Source: Carcharhinus longimanus (Eukaryota). Taken from it: 64,000 nt of DNA. The translations under genes were made by a program, and so were the position numbers. Each line of letters opens with the position of its first letter. The first letter of the stretch is position 1. The stretch is from NCBI GenBank assembly GCA_030264375.1, contig JASCQW010000099.1, forward strand, positions 22,499,752 through 22,563,751. Reading direction: 5' to 3'. The notes under the pieces were generated by a model. That model was given only the letters and a program-made list of their open reading frames with translations. It ran no database searches and was not told where the DNA came from. This document shows positions 1-12,656 of this stretch, piece by piece.

Positions 1-87
1 ACGAAGGGGCTAACCCCGAAAGCTTGTGAGTCTATTATCAAATAAATAGGTTGGACTAAAACCTGGTGTTGTCAGATTTTTTACACC
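1..87 (+). mobile_element. 3' part of a Penelope-like pseudo-LTR carrying a minimal hammerhead-ribozyme motif (cut by the window edge)
   Basis: ACGA-A-GGGG-ctaa-CCCC-GAAA-GCTT-GTG, then aataaa...gttggactaaaacctggtgttgtcaga, near-identical to 55491-55547. Confidence 0.7.
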
Positions 88-171
88 ATCATTGTAGCCA
101 TGAGTGTGATGCACCAGTAGCTGTGTGAGAGAGGGATTTTTCAATCTCCCTCCAAGAGCCCTTTCTCCTCA

Positions 172-555
172 GTGAGTCAAGGAACGGCATTGAGACATCC
201 ACAGAAAGGAGGAGAATCAGCTAGACATCCAGGGCAATCGACCCAGAAGTCTCCTGGGCTGACCAAACACTCCATGTCCCCTCTGCTTGTAACTCCAGCA
301 ACTCCAGCTGTTCAGGCTGAGGAAGGTGTACCTGCCATACAGCAGGAGACCCAAAGCAAGCTGTGGACTTCCACAGCACGTGCGCCAAAGTCATCACAGA
401 CAAGGGGGCGTAGCAGACAACAGGCTGCCTTCACCTTCACTGTGAAAGTTGGGGAAGCACCTCAATATAATGTTGGGGAAGGAACATTGAGAATTATTGA
501 GAATACAGAGGTGGCAAGAGTGTTCACTTATTGTATATACTTTGCACATCTGTAA
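172..555 (+). pseudogene. C-terminal remnant of a Harbinger Myb/SANT-like (NAIF1/MSANTD-like) accessory gene
   Basis: RAPKSSQTRGRSRQQAAFTFTVKVGEAP resembles the C-termini at ~9040-9171 (HSPRKSQATERGRQLAP...GETPRRSGR) and ~37500-37600 (WAPRSSQAKGHGSHQAA). Confidence 0.55.
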
Positions 556-671
556 GTTTATCTGCAATCTCATTTGGTAAATGGTTCTTCTATCTATGAA
601 ATACTTCAAGGTGATACAAGTGTAATAAAGTATAAGTGTCACTTAAGTCCCATTGTGTGACTCAGATCTGT

Positions 672-720
672 GGGTCGGGATTTTTCGGCCTCGCGCAGGC
701 AAGATCATAAAATCCTGCCC
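672..720. mobile_element. Tiny MITE (probably Harbinger-type)
   Basis: Imperfect terminal inverted repeats gggtcgggatttt...aaaatcctgccc; related to copies at 53548-53672 and 55889-56016. Confidence 0.5.
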
Positions 721-1546
721 AAATTCAACAGAAATATCTGTTCTGGGAATTTCGTCCTTCCCAATTTCAGAGTGAGCAAGGTGGTGGGGTTTTGGCCATG
801 ATGTTCCACTCACCCTCAGTATAATGGGCCACCTTTCTGTCCATAGTTGCAATATGAGCGAAGCTTCTTGCTTGATCAACATTGTGGTTGGGTATTGCAT
901 ATCTTTATTCATGTGGTCTCATGAGTATAGATTTTACAGTTTGGTTTATTGTGCTATGCTGCAGCACTGAATACTAATGGTGGCATGTTGCACAATGTCA
1001 TGACCACATGCACATATAGACCTCATCCTAATAGTGGTTCCCAATCCCACCTGCATGAAGCTGAGCTATGGAGCGAGCGAGAACTTGGTGAATTCTCAAA
1101 TATCTGCAAGATGGTGACGAATATGCAATATCAAAGGTCTGTGTCAAGGTCTCAGAAACCGAACNNNNNNNNNNNNNNNNNNNNNNNNNNNNNNNNNNNN
1201 NNNNNNNNNNNNNNNNNNNNNNNNNNNNNNNNNNNNNNNNNNNNNNNNNNNNNNNNNNNNNNNNAAGGTCTCAGAAACCCAACTGTTAAAGAGTCGGATG
1301 CTGCTGGACCTGAAGGTTAAAGTGACTTAACAGCTATCTCTCAAACCAGCAATTGGCATGATTATTTGATCTTGACAATGCCATCAATATCTAGGGAATG
1401 CTGGATGTGAACTTGAGATACTCCATACAAAGATTGGGTCTTGAGTGCTTGTCAACAATCAGACAATGATGTTGCTGAAGCTCTCTCCATGCACACAAAC
1501 TTGCAGCCTAGCATCCATGACTGACAGTGATAGATCACTACATCCT

Positions 1547-1845
1547 AAAAAATGATCTCATGTTGGAGATATTTCCTCTTGTGGGAGAATCTAGAACTAG
1601 GAGTCACCATTTAAAAATAAGGGGTCAACCATTTAAAATGGAGATGAAGAGAAATATTTTCTCAGAGAGTTATGAGTCTTTGGAAGTCTTCCTGAAAAGG
1701 CAGTGGAACCAGAATCTTTGAATATGTTTGAGGCAGAGATGGCTGAATGCTTGGCAAGGAAGGTGGTGATAGGTAATCAAAGTAGGCAGGATGCAGATTT
1801 GAGGTTACTGTGAGGTCAGCCATGCATTGTTCCATGACTGCCTTT
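1547..1845 (+). mobile_element. CR1 LINE 3' fragment
   Basis: ORF2 end IFPLVGESRTRSHHLKIRGQPFKMEMKRNIFS, typical of CR1. Confidence 0.85.
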
Positions 1846-2731
1846 CTGAATATGACTACAGGGATGCACACNNNNNNNNNNNNNNNNNNNNNNNNNNNNN
1901 NNNNNNNNNNNNNNNNNNNNNNNCACCCTCTACTCCTCTACTGCTTCCCTTCCAGGTTTCAAGGAACCTTGCCACCCCAGTCAATTGTCTTTGCCCACCC
2001 CTTCCCTTTTGTGCTTCAGCTATTACCATCTGCCAACCAAGCATATGCTTTCCAGCACCTTCCCTTGCTACCTTGACTCTGTCTAGTCTCACCTCCCTCC
2101 CAGCCAAGAGTATGTCTTCCAGCCCCTTCCCTCCTTGCTTCTGTCCGGTCTCATTCCTCCCACGTTCTCTTCCCCACCCCTCAATTCAGTCGAGTGTGTA
2201 CCTTCTAGCCACTTCCCTTCTCTTTTGGTCTTGCCTGAACAGAATCGGAGCAGCCATGAGTACAGCGCCCAAATNNNNNNNNNNGCAGGTGCATATCTGT
2301 TTTATTTGACCAACTGTGATTCATGATGGTCTAATTAGCCACCAACATGGCCATCAGACTTGGAATGAGGGAGAAAGGTGTGATTCCAGCAAGCTGGGTT
2401 TTTAATGAGTATTCATGAGATGCAAAGGGCTACAAATGTAGTTCCTGACATGATGTGGCAGGCAGACAGACCTGCCATGAAACTTGGCAGTGGAAGATTG
2501 TGATCTATTTTCAGAAAACTGACTTTTTGTTGCACTCTGAATTTTCTGGTCCTGCCACCCACAATGTCAGCCATTATTGGGACTGAAAAATTTCACACTA
2601 AATGCATGAGAGCCGGAAATCTGAATTGCATATCTTAGCCTTCATCTGAAAGGGGGTAAAAGGTATGTGTTTTTAATGTGGTCCTTCANNNNNNNNNNNN
2701 NNNNNNAGTACCATTCAAAAAATGAGCCTGT

Positions 2732-3100
2732 GGGTGGGATCTTTCCAAAAAATGGCAAAATGTCAGATTGTGACTGAAAACCGCTGTGTTTCTCTCCATA
2801 AACACAGCCATGCTTTCTCACCAGATCTTCTGGCACTCTGTCAAAACAAAATTGGGGAGCATAGTTTGCATTGTCATTCTGATAGGGCAGGGCCTGATAG
2901 AGCCAGCAAGGCCGGCTCCAGAGATTTTTCAGCAAAGATAATAGACTCCTTACCAACCCCCCAAAGCCATGGAATACTCTCCAAATGCTTGGGGCACCCC
3001 CCACCACAGAGATTTTGGGGGGAATGCCTCCCCCTTTCCTCTATTGGAGGAGGGGAATCCCCTGACAGTGCCCAACTAAATCATCCCTGTAACAAAGAAA
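2732..3100 (+). mobile_element. Left end of a non-autonomous DNA transposon (Harbinger-like)
   Basis: Starts gggtgggatctttccaaaaatggcaaaatgtc, similar to the element starts at 42318 and ~36080. Confidence 0.45.
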
Positions 3101-3121
3101 AAACAGGCCATGTGACTTCAG

Positions 3122-4389
3122 GATTATCACCTGGTTGCTCTGACATCCATATGAAATGCTTTGAAAGGTTAGTCATGGCACAAATCAATTCTGGCCTCCC
3201 AAATTGCCTGGACTCACTATGGTTTGCCTATTGCCGCAACAGGTCCAGATGAGACACCATCTCCCTGGCCCCACACTCAACCCTGGACCANNNNNNNNNN
3301 AGACACTTATGTCAAACTCCAATTTATTGACTACAGCTCAGCCTTCAGCCACCATTATTCACACAAAACTCATCTCCAAGCTCTGTGGCCTAGGGTTCAG
3401 CTCCTCCCTCTGCGACTAGATCTGAAACTTCCTAACCCACAGAGCACAATTTGTAAGGATAGGCAACAACACCTCCATGATCATCTTAAATACTAGTGCC
3501 CCGCAAGGCTGTGTTCTTAGCCGCCTACTATATCCTTATGCACCTTTGACTGAGCGGCCAAATTCCCCTCCAACTTCATTTTCAAGTTTACTGATTACAT
3601 CACCGTAATGGGTTGGATCTCAAACAATGATGAGATGGAGTACAGGAAAATCTGGTGAACTGGTGCGACGACAATAATCTCTCCCTCAATGTCAGCAAAA
3701 CGAAGGAGATAGTTATTGACTTCAGGAAACATAGTGGAGGACATGCCCCTGTCTACATTAATGGGGGATGAAGTGGAAATGGTGGAGAGTTTCATGTTTC
3801 TAGAAGTCCACCAACAACCTGTTTTGCTTCCTCCATGCTGATGCTACAGTTAAGAAAGTTTATCAATGCCTCTACTTTCTCAGAAGGCTAAGGAAATTGG
3901 CATGTCTGCTATGATTCTCACCAACTCTTAGAGATACACTATAGAAAGCATTCTTTCAGGTTGTATCACAGCTTGGTGTGGCTCCTGCTCTGTCCAAGGT
4001 CGCAAGAAACTACAAAGGGTTGTGAACAAAGCTCAGTCCATCTCGCAAACCAGCATCCCATTCATTGACTCTGTCAACACTTCCTGCTGCCTCAGAAAAG
4101 CAATCAGCATAATTAAGAGCCCCACACACTCCAGACATACGCTCTTCACTTTCTTCCATCAGGAAAAAGTCTGAGGTCAGGTACGAATGACTCAAGAACA
4201 GCTTCTTCCCTGCTGCCGTCAGACTTTTGAATGGACCTACCTCATGTTAAGTTTCTCCACGCTCTAGCTATGACTGTAACATTACGTGCTGCACCCACTC
4301 TTTTCTTTCTCTATGCTTTGTCCATACAGTCCCCTAGTAAACAATACTTTTTACTGTATATTAATGTATGTGACAATAATAAATCTAAA
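3122..4389 (+). mobile_element. Rex1/Babar-type LINE, 5'-truncated, decayed RT plus 3' end
   Basis: DYHLVALTS, MKCFERLVMAQINSGLPNCLD, YVKLQFIDYSSAF, TKLISKLCGLG, APQGCVLS; ends gtgacaataataaatctaaa. Confidence 0.85.
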
Positions 4390-5728
4390 GTGTCCACTTC
4401 AGTGCCCCTGGCTCACAGCACTGGCCCCTGGTACTGCCCTCACAGGCCAGACAGTACGGCATTGAGATTTGCAATAATTTTTAAATTGCTTTAAGTACAT
4501 GCAAATCATATTCATATCCTTTTTGGGCATGAATCTGATTACATCATTGGGAAGAGGTGGGGAAGATCTCAAACCGAGATCTCGTCCGTGCAAATCATGA
4601 TATGGCCCTCTCACAAGCACTAGTGATCATAACAGAATTTTCACCCACAGCGAACAGACCCGCTAAACCTCACCCTATATGTTAATTTTTCAGGTATTGA
4701 TAAACCTGCTATGAATTTGTTCCATTTGCAGTATTTGTTTCAGAGCAAATGTAATGCAATGATTGAAATTCAACAACCCAGCAATGGATACGTTTCTGTT
4801 AGTGAAAGGTTTGGTAGACATTGAAAGATCTGGAAATTGAATGAATTAATCCAACATGCATTCTCTGATTTCAACTTTTCATATCGTTATGACAGAAATG
4901 TCTCTGGCTACCACTTCGTGTTTGTCACAGTAACAGGCACTGTGGGATAATTATATATGTTTCTCTTGTTTGTGGTTCCTCAGCGTCAAGGCATATCTTT
5001 CATACTCCCTTGCTGCTGATCGATGGAGCTGCAGCCAAAATGTAGTGTGTAAAATGATATTCCTGTAACATGAGAGGATTACAATTCAATTGCTTTTGAT
5101 AAAAGATTTATCAAGTGTTTTAGCATACACCAGAAGATATTAATATCAAATTAGCAAGAGAAGAAATTGTGTCTGTCTGATGATCAAAGAAAATTAAATT
5201 ATAATACTGTGATATTAATCAAAATATTCATAACCTGTGTACTGTTACTGTATTAAAATAGGAAAATAAATTATCGGTAGGTGTTCAGAAATCTGCTTAT
5301 TTGACCATGAATAAAAAGCTGTCGTGAAATTATCACTCTTCCACTTTAAAACAAAAGCAGAAATTATTGGAAACACACAATAGTCCATTTAGCCAGTGCA
5401 CAGAATTTTATGAGATTTATTTCTATGTCCAGCGAGTCTGAAAATTGGAGAGTTTCAGATCTGTTTTTTGGGTGAGTTTTCACACCCAATCTTATGTACT
5501 ATGGGCCCAATTTTACCATTGCGTTGCACTCATTTTCAGGCATGAATACTTGGTAAAGTTGGGCATGAGACAAGTAGCGAAATCCGCGCCCGCCTCCATG
5601 CCGGTTCCCCCTTTACCCCCTTTGGGACCACGCATGAATCTGGCACAATGGTCATTTAAATGCATTTGCATGCATTTAAATTGACTTAATGGGCTGCACG
5701 CCAACTTTACCAGTACTTCCCCCAATCA

Positions 5729-6670
5729 CTGAGATCAGTGGGCATGAAGGGGCACTGCTGCCACTCTGCCTGAGATTGGTGGGGGAAGGGGAGGGTGGAT
5801 CACTCTACCGCAGATCAGTGGGGGTGAAGAAGGGTCTGCTGTCACTATGCCTGAGATCAGTGGGGTGGAAGGGGGTCCGCTGCCGTTCTGCCTGAGATCA
5901 GNNNNNNNNNNNNNNNNNNNNNNNNNNNNNNNNNNNNNNNNNNNNNNNNNNNNNNNNNNNNNNNNNNNNNNNNNNNNNNNNNNNNNNNNNNNNNNNNNNN
6001 NNNNNNNNNNNNNNNNNNNNNNNNNNNNNNNNNNNNNNNNNNNNNNNNNNNNNNNNNNNNNNNNNNNNNNNNNNNNNNNNNNNNNNNNNNNNNNNNNNNN
6101 NNNNNNNNNNNNNNNNNNNNNNNNNNNNNNNNNNNNNNNNNNNNNNNNNNNNNNNNNNNNNNNNNNNNNNNNNNNNNNNNNNNNNNNNNNNNNNNNNNNN
6201 NNNNNNNNNNNNNNNNNNNNNNNNNNNNNNNNNNNNNNNNNNNNNNNNNNNNNNNNNNNNNNNNNNNNNNNNNNNNNNNNNNNNNNNNNNNNNNNNNNNN
6301 NNNNNNNNNNNNNNNNNNNNNNNNNNNNNNNNNNNNNNNNNNNNNNNNNNNNNNNNNNNNNNNNNNNNNNNNNNNNNNNNNNNNNNNNNNNNNNNNNNNN
6401 NNNNNNNNNNNNNNNNNNNNNNNNNNNNNNNNNNNNNNNNNNNNNNNNNNNNNNNNNNNNNNNNNNNNNNNNNNNNNNNNNNNNNNNNNNNNNNNNNNNN
6501 NNNNNNNNNNNNNNNNNNNNNNNNNNNNNNNNNNNNNNNNNNNNNNNNNNNNNNNNNNNNNNNNNNNNNNNNNNNNNNNNNNNNNNNNNNNNNNNNNNNN
6601 NNNNNNNNNNNNNNNNNNNNNNNNNNNNNNNNNNNNNNNNNNNNNNNNNNNNNNNNNNTGGCTGCCTGAC
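5729..6670. repeat. ~40-bp G-rich minisatellite, mostly collapsed into an N gap
   Basis: At least 4 visible units of ctgagatcagtggggg...aagggg..c.gctgcc..tctgc running into the gap. Confidence 0.8.
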
Positions 6671-6916
6671 TTGACTCTCTCTCTACCCTGCCCCTGATCA
6701 TCACAGAGATACAAATTCTGACCCCCACATGGCCCCATCAGCACAACTACAAATGCTGATTTGGCTTGCCTTGCATGGTAACAAGGCAAACTTGTTAAAC
6801 TTTAAACTTGCTGGAATGCTTTAACGGGGTGAAACTCACCCAAACTGCCTGTAGCTGAACAGCCCTAACAAGGGACAGCTCCATAAAAATCTCAAGGATG
6901 GACAGACAGGCAGGCC

Positions 6917-9171
6917 ATGCAGGAAGAAATGACCCCGAGGAAGACAGCACCCAGATTCTCTAATTCAAAACTGGCTGGGTTGCTGGAGGTGGTGGAGGCA
7001 AGGTGGGACACCCTCTTCCCCCAGCAGGGCATCGTTCCAGAGCAAGTGATGCAAGCGGAGCCTGGGAGGCCATGGCCATGTGTCTCAGTGCCAGGGCACT
7101 GACTGGAGAACTGAGAAACAGTACCAGGAAAAATGAACAACCTAATCAGGGTGAGTGTTTAACCTCATCTAGCATCTTTCCCCTGAATGACCCCTGGATG
7201 CCTCCACCCCCAGCACACTGCATGCTTTTAGCCCCTGACAGCCAAGCATCTCCCTCCTCTTCCCCAAGAGTATCACAGTGCTTGCCCTCTGAGGGCCACC
7301 CCCGATACCCTGCAAGACTTAAGCCATCAGATTTTTCATGGATCCTCCTGTCCCCACAGGAGAAAAATGCCTGTTACCATCAGGAGAAGATGAAGACACG
7401 GGGTGCTGAGCCTGACTGCTGAGTTCTCGCCCCCTTTGAGGAGTGGGCTCTGGAGCTCACCAGAGACGAGAGGATGTGGGCCATAGGTGACAGCATGGTC
7501 GGCCTGGAGCATGGAAGTGAACACCTGCCAAAATTCCACTTTCTGGAGAAATGTCAAGTAAGTTGCCTGCAGCCCAGATTCCTCTCCCTCCCTTGCACTT
7601 AACCTTGTGTCCTGTGTTGCAGAAAGGGACCCCAATGCACCCGGGTTATATGGCATCGCGGCCTCCACTGCTGCTCTCACCCATCCTGCCCCGACAGCTC
7701 AGAGGACTCCTGAGGGAAGGAGCCAATGAAGGGATCTCCGAGGCCGGCACCAGTTTGGAGTCAGCTTCCGCCTCAAAATTCACCATCCCAGAGACTCTCA
7801 CATTGGTGGGTCAAGTTAGTGGCAAGGCATCTGGGCCACTCTCTGGTGTGCACGAAACATCTGTTGATGTACTGCAGCTGGAGGAGGCCTTTGGCACAAA
7901 AGGGCCTGCCAGAGGCAAGAACTTAGCTGGCCCAGGCTGCATGCTGTGTCTATGCGACCACTTCTCCCTCAGCTGATGGAGATGCAGCAAAAGCACCAAG
8001 GAATGCAGGAGGGGCTGATGGCAACACTGGACTGACTGTGAGGAGGTTGGGAGGAGTCTGAAAGCTTTCAGGTGGACCAGCTGTTGCCTGTCTTGCATGG
8101 TTCCCACATCAACACTGCAAGGGTGACATCTGCGGTGGAAAGCCTGGGGCAGGAGATCCTCACCATCAGTTCAGGTTCCAAGCAATGGCCGAGTCACAGC
8201 AGGCCATGGTGGAGTTCCAGAGGGCCACAGCCCAGTCACAGCAGGCCACATCTGAGAGCCTCAATAGGCTTCTCAGGATTCTGCAGCCCTTTGCTGAGGG
8301 GCTCGAGAGCTTGTAGGAGACCCAGTGGGATAGTGCTGAGGCACAGCGGGCTATGGCTGCAGCCTTTGAGAACGCAGCCCAGTTACAGAGGGTCATGGCT
8401 GAGGTTGCAGAGCTTGCAGGAGACCCAACAGGACAATGCTGAGACACAGCAGGCTATGGCAGTGGCCCTTGAGGACGTGGCCCAATCATAGAGGGCCATG
8501 GAGAGCTGCAGAGCGTCGTAGCCCAGTCTCAGAGGGCACTGGCTGCCGCCATTGACAGGTGGCACCCAACTCAGCTGGCCTCGCACAGGGCTCGACCACT
8601 ATGGCTAGAACGCAGGTGGTCCTCCTGGACTGGCAGGGCCAGGTAACGCTGAAGATTCTGGAGTTCACTGTAGAAGCACCACTGTCCCATGGAGTGACCC
8701 GGGGGAAATCCCACAACACCAGTTTAAAGTCCAAACAGGTTTATTTGTAGCAAAAGCCACAAGCTTTCGGGACAGGCTGTTGTGGGATTTCTTTCTGTTT
8801 TACCCCAGTCCAACGCCAGCATCTCCACATCGCGACGCAGGGGCCCAGAGGAACCCCAAGGGAGGTGGAAAGACTTGAGTCCATGCCTGGCCCTTCCAGC
8901 CAGGAGACTGAGGCTGTGGCTACACCTCCTGACTCCCCCCTTCCTGACACCGAGGAATCTCAGGCACAGTGGGATGAAGCGATTTCATGGATACATTCCA
9001 GACACCTGGAAGCTGGCCAAGGCCCTCAAGGTCCAGGCCTCCAGAGGACACTCGCCAAGGAAATCACAGGCCACAGAGCGCGGTAGACAGCTGGCACCCT
9101 ACATCTCTGATATACATTGTGGGGAGACACCGAGACGTAGTGGTAGACCATGTAAAGTTAGGAAGTTGTAG
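6917..9171 (+). pseudogene. Harbinger Myb/SANT-like DNA-binding protein gene, near-complete, three exons (~6917-7150, 7360-7557, 7623-9171), frameshifted
   Basis: RKTAPRFSNSKLAGLLEVVEARWDTLFP...AWEAMA (Myb/trihelix type); donor gtgagt 7151; acceptor cccacAG 7359; exon 2 EKNACYHQEKMKTRG...LAPFEEWALEL; donor gtaagt 7558; basic C-terminus RRSGRPCKVRKL*. Confidence 0.8.
8705..8831. mobile_element. Mini Penelope-like element (inverted pLTR plus tail) inserted in the Myb-like exon 3
   Basis: Inverted repeat gaaatcccacaaca (8705-8718) / tgttgtgggatttc (8778-8791); minus-strand cccGAAAGCTTgtg; tail ccccagtccaacgccagcatctccacatc; degenerate flanking duplication gtgacccggggg / gcgacgcagggg. Confidence 0.7.
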
Positions 9172-9789
9172 CAGCACTAAGATAGCACAGGTGAAGGGCA
9201 GCAATAGGTAGATAGGGCATTTATGCACTTTAATGTTTCCTGTTCACATGTTTTTATGTTAGCACTTATCAATAAGACACTTCTATTGTCAACAATAAAT
9301 TTTTTTCACAACTCACCTGTGAGCAACTTGTCTCAGATTTGCCTCTAACAGGAACCTTATTATCCTGATAGTCACTGGAGGGACTCTTCTTTTTGACGTC
9401 AGTGGGGGAGGCCCCTGAATGCTGTGTCATGAGAAAATGAAGACGTTCAAATAAATCACTGGCTACAGTAGGTAGCATGCATTGACAGCGACTTACAGCA
9501 TCTGCAATGGCATCCTCAGAGCCCACAAGGGATTCCCTCCCCTCCACCACCCCATCCCATCTGCCCCAGGGCCCTATATGGGTATTTATGGGCCCAGATG
9601 CCAGCATGCATGGGAAGCACAGGTAGGAGTCAAACAACTTTTCAGCAGGGCATCATCACAGTGGTGCTTAGTGAGTCATCATCATCTTGCTGCCTATCAG
9701 TGAAACAGGCCCATCACTCTGGTGTTACAAAGTTGCAGGAGATTATAGGACTCTAATCTGCTGACACCATTACAGAATCTATGGATTTT

Positions 9790-10430
9790 TTTAATATCAT
9801 AACTGGAGCATCCATAATATCTGCTGCTAATTCTTTTGGTTGTAGACCATCAGATTCTGGGGATTCTTTTGGATCTTAGTCCCTTAAGTTTCTTCAGCAC
9901 TATTTCTGTGCTGATATTAATTCCTTAATTTCCTTGTTCTCTTTAGCATTGGTATGAAAATTGTGTCTGCTGCGAAGGCAGATACAAATTGTTCATTCAA
10001 ATTCTCTGCCATTTCCTCATTCCCCACGATAATTTCCTCTATCTCTGCTTCTAAGGGATGGATGGTTACTTTAGCTACTTTCTTCTTTTTACATACTAGT
10101 AAAAACATTCACTATCTGTTTTTAGTTTCCTCGTTAGTTTGTTCTCATGTTACTTTTTTTTTCTTTTTAATCAACTTTTTGATGGCCCTTTGTTGGTTTT
10201 CAAAACATTCCCAACCTGTGGACCTACTGCTCTTCTTAGAAACTTTTTATTTTAATTTAATACTATTCATAACTTCCTGAGTAAATCAGGATGGATTTTT
10301 TTCTTGCCAATGTTTTGCTTTTCAATGGAATATATTTATGTTGAACATTTTGAATTGTATCTTCAGTGTATCCCACTGTTTGTTTACAGCCGTACCTTTT
10401 AGTCTATTTAGCAATCAACCTTAGCAAATT
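9790..10430 (-). mobile_element. CR1 LINE ORF2 fragment
   Basis: HPLEAEIEEIIVGNEEMAENLNEQFVSAF, the CR1 EN-RT linker motif. Confidence 0.8.
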
Positions 10431-11034
10431 GCCTCCTTACAGAAGTTTTACAGAGCAATGGAGAAATCGTAGCATAGAAATTCAGTTCAACTGGCCTACT
10501 CATGTGTTTATACTGCACAAAAATCTCCTTTTATTCTGCTTCATCCTATCTATCATCATAACCTTTTATTCATCTCTCAGTATTAATCTAGCTTCCCTTA
10601 AATGCATCTATGCAATTTGTCTTAACTATTTGTTAGAGATAAATATTTGGTAAAATACACCAACTGTAAAATAGTAGGGTATGCCCTTCAATATTCTTTT
10701 GACTTTGTCAAAAATTCTTTGAAATTGTGCCTAGATGCTCAAGTTTCTTTTCAATGTACTTGTTAATAGCATTCTGAATGCATTGGTTGGGTGCAGCCCA
10801 TCTTAACAATTCAGCCCCATAGGCTATTTTACACTTTACACAATTATTGAATGCAGTAGAAGATTGTAGTTGTGAACTACAATCCTGGAGCTCACACTGA
10901 TCAAAAATATGTTATAATATCAAATAGTAGAAGATATTACTGTATCCTCAAAGTAATTTCCTTGTCTTAAGGCAATAATTTACCTAACAGCCAGAAAATT
11001 GTCCATTATACCCTTGGATTTCAATTTGCCTTCA

Positions 11035-12075
11035 CAAAGGAAATCTTTTCACATGGTTAGTCATTTCAGATCTTGCAATAAGTAGGAAGCTAGATTTAGT
11101 TAACAGCCTAACAGTGTGTGAACATTTATCTAATAGTGATTGTAATATGATTGAATTCAACATAATACCTGGAAGGGAGAAATACAAAACAGCTAATAAA
11201 ATTCTAGATTTAGGTAAGACTGGCTTCAATGTGATGACATGGAGACTGACCATAGTAAACCAAGCAAACATGTTAATAGATAAAATGACAGGGTGTCAGT
11301 GGGTGATGTTCAAAAAATAATTAAATGTGACACAGAGCCAGTTTATGCATTGACGGCACGGTAGCACTGTGGTTAGCACTGCTGCCTCACAGCGCCAGGG
11401 ACCTGGGTTTGATTTCCGGCTTACTCACTGTCTGTGTGGAGTTGTATGTTCTCCCTGTGTCTGCATGGGTTCCTGGGTGCTCCGGTTTCCTCCCACAGCC
11501 TGAAAGACGTGCTGCTTAGGTGCACTGACCCAAACAGGTGCTGGAGTCTGGTGACTAGGGGAATTTCACAGTAATTTCATTGCAGTGTTAATGTAAGCCT
11601 ACTTGTCATAAATAAACTTTAACTTTTACTCCAAAAGGACAAGAGCGCTACTTGCCCAAATAGCCTTTGACAACTAAAGAGATAGAAGACAACATAAAGC
11701 TAACAGAAAAAACATACAAAAAAAACAAAAAAAAGTACAGATTCTGATGAATTGGAATGGTACAAATAATAGCAATTTGCCAAAGTAAGAGTTATAAAGA
11801 AGAAATTGGGAAAGGATATCACATTGAACACATTATTTTACAATTGTAACAGGAAAAAAGATGGTCAGGAAAAATGTGAGCCCTTTGAAAACTGAGAACG
11901 GTGATATTGTAAATGAAATAAGGAGATGACGAACATGTTGAATAATTACTTTGCATCAGTATTCACATTAGAGAAGTCAGCATACCAGAAAGGAGACTAA
12001 TGTTGAATCAGGAGCATGTTCTCATGAAAATTCATGCAAGCAAATTAACAATAATGGAGGAATTATTGGCACTGC
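11035..12075 (+). mobile_element. CR1 LINE ORF2 fragment interrupted by a SINE
   Basis: CEHLSNSDCNMIEFNI...ILDLGKTGFN, resuming after 11626 with NKEMTNMLNNYFASVF. Confidence 0.8.
11352..11626 (+). mobile_element. HE1/V-SINE-type tRNA-derived SINE with non-CR1 tail
   Basis: A box tagcactgtgg, B box ggtttgatttcc, V-domain ctgtgtggagtt...ttctccctgtgtctgc...ctccggtttcctcccaca; tail gtaagcctacttgtcataaataaactttaacttt. Confidence 0.88.
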
Positions 12076-12656
12076 AGAGTGACAAAGAAATACTTTGTTC
12101 CTTAAAGCAATAAGTGGCCCAATGCCAGGCAGGTAATTGCCTGCTGGGTGGTGTTTCCCAATACTGACCAAGGCAGTGTTGACCCTCACTTTCTGACTGG
12201 TGGACCGGCCATCACCATCCCTTAAAAGCTCAGTCATATTTCCTCACCAAGGTGCAGGTAAGAAAATTGTTGCCTGCACAACCCAGGAAAACATGGCTTT
12301 TTGCCGCGAGCCCTTTTCTTCCTCTTTCTCTTTTTTCTTTACACAGTTTATCCTGCTATCCATGGCCTCTGCTCATTCTCCCAGTCGTGTTCTATTTCAA
12401 GAGGAAAAATGAATAGTACACTCATATCTAGGAACAATTGGTTTGTGCAGAAGATTTGAAGTAAAAAAAAGTACTTCAGCCGCTGTAACACAACTATCTT
12501 TGAGTTTTAAAACTTGAAACAACTATGAAAAGCAGTAGAAACATATAGAATTATAGCAAGCTCCAGAAGAAATCGAGGAGCAACAAATCTTTAAGTAGTT
12601 GACCACTTGATACGCTGTTCCTAAATGATCCTTCATTTTGCTTAATGTGTGTTCAG

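Larger units (their letters stand above)
5395..9300 (+). mobile_element. Harbinger transposon, left part with subterminal minisatellite and Myb-like gene
   Basis: Terminal-type sequence at ~5395, tandem repeats, then a three-exon Myb-like gene and AATAAA at 9294-9299. Confidence 0.65.

Noticed and set aside
97-111. 15-bp match agccatgagtgtgat also at 59283-59297
   Set aside because: Short isolated match with unrelated flanks; chance or a shared repeat.
1146-1279. Direct repeat aaggtctcagaaacc on both sides of a gap
   Set aside because: Flanks a 100-N gap; likely contig overlap or a collapsed tandem repeat, not demonstrably a TSD.
4744-4808. Possible small sense exon (tttcAG...AAG|gtttgg)
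   Set aside because: Weak donor, and the translation does not resemble parkin exon 2 or anything I recognise.
5847-6789. 275-310 aa ORFs, and other ORFs containing X runs
   Set aside because: Open only because they run through N gaps.
11352-11425. tRNA gene (A and B boxes)
   Set aside because: It is the tRNA-derived head of a SINE, continuous with the V-domain and tail.
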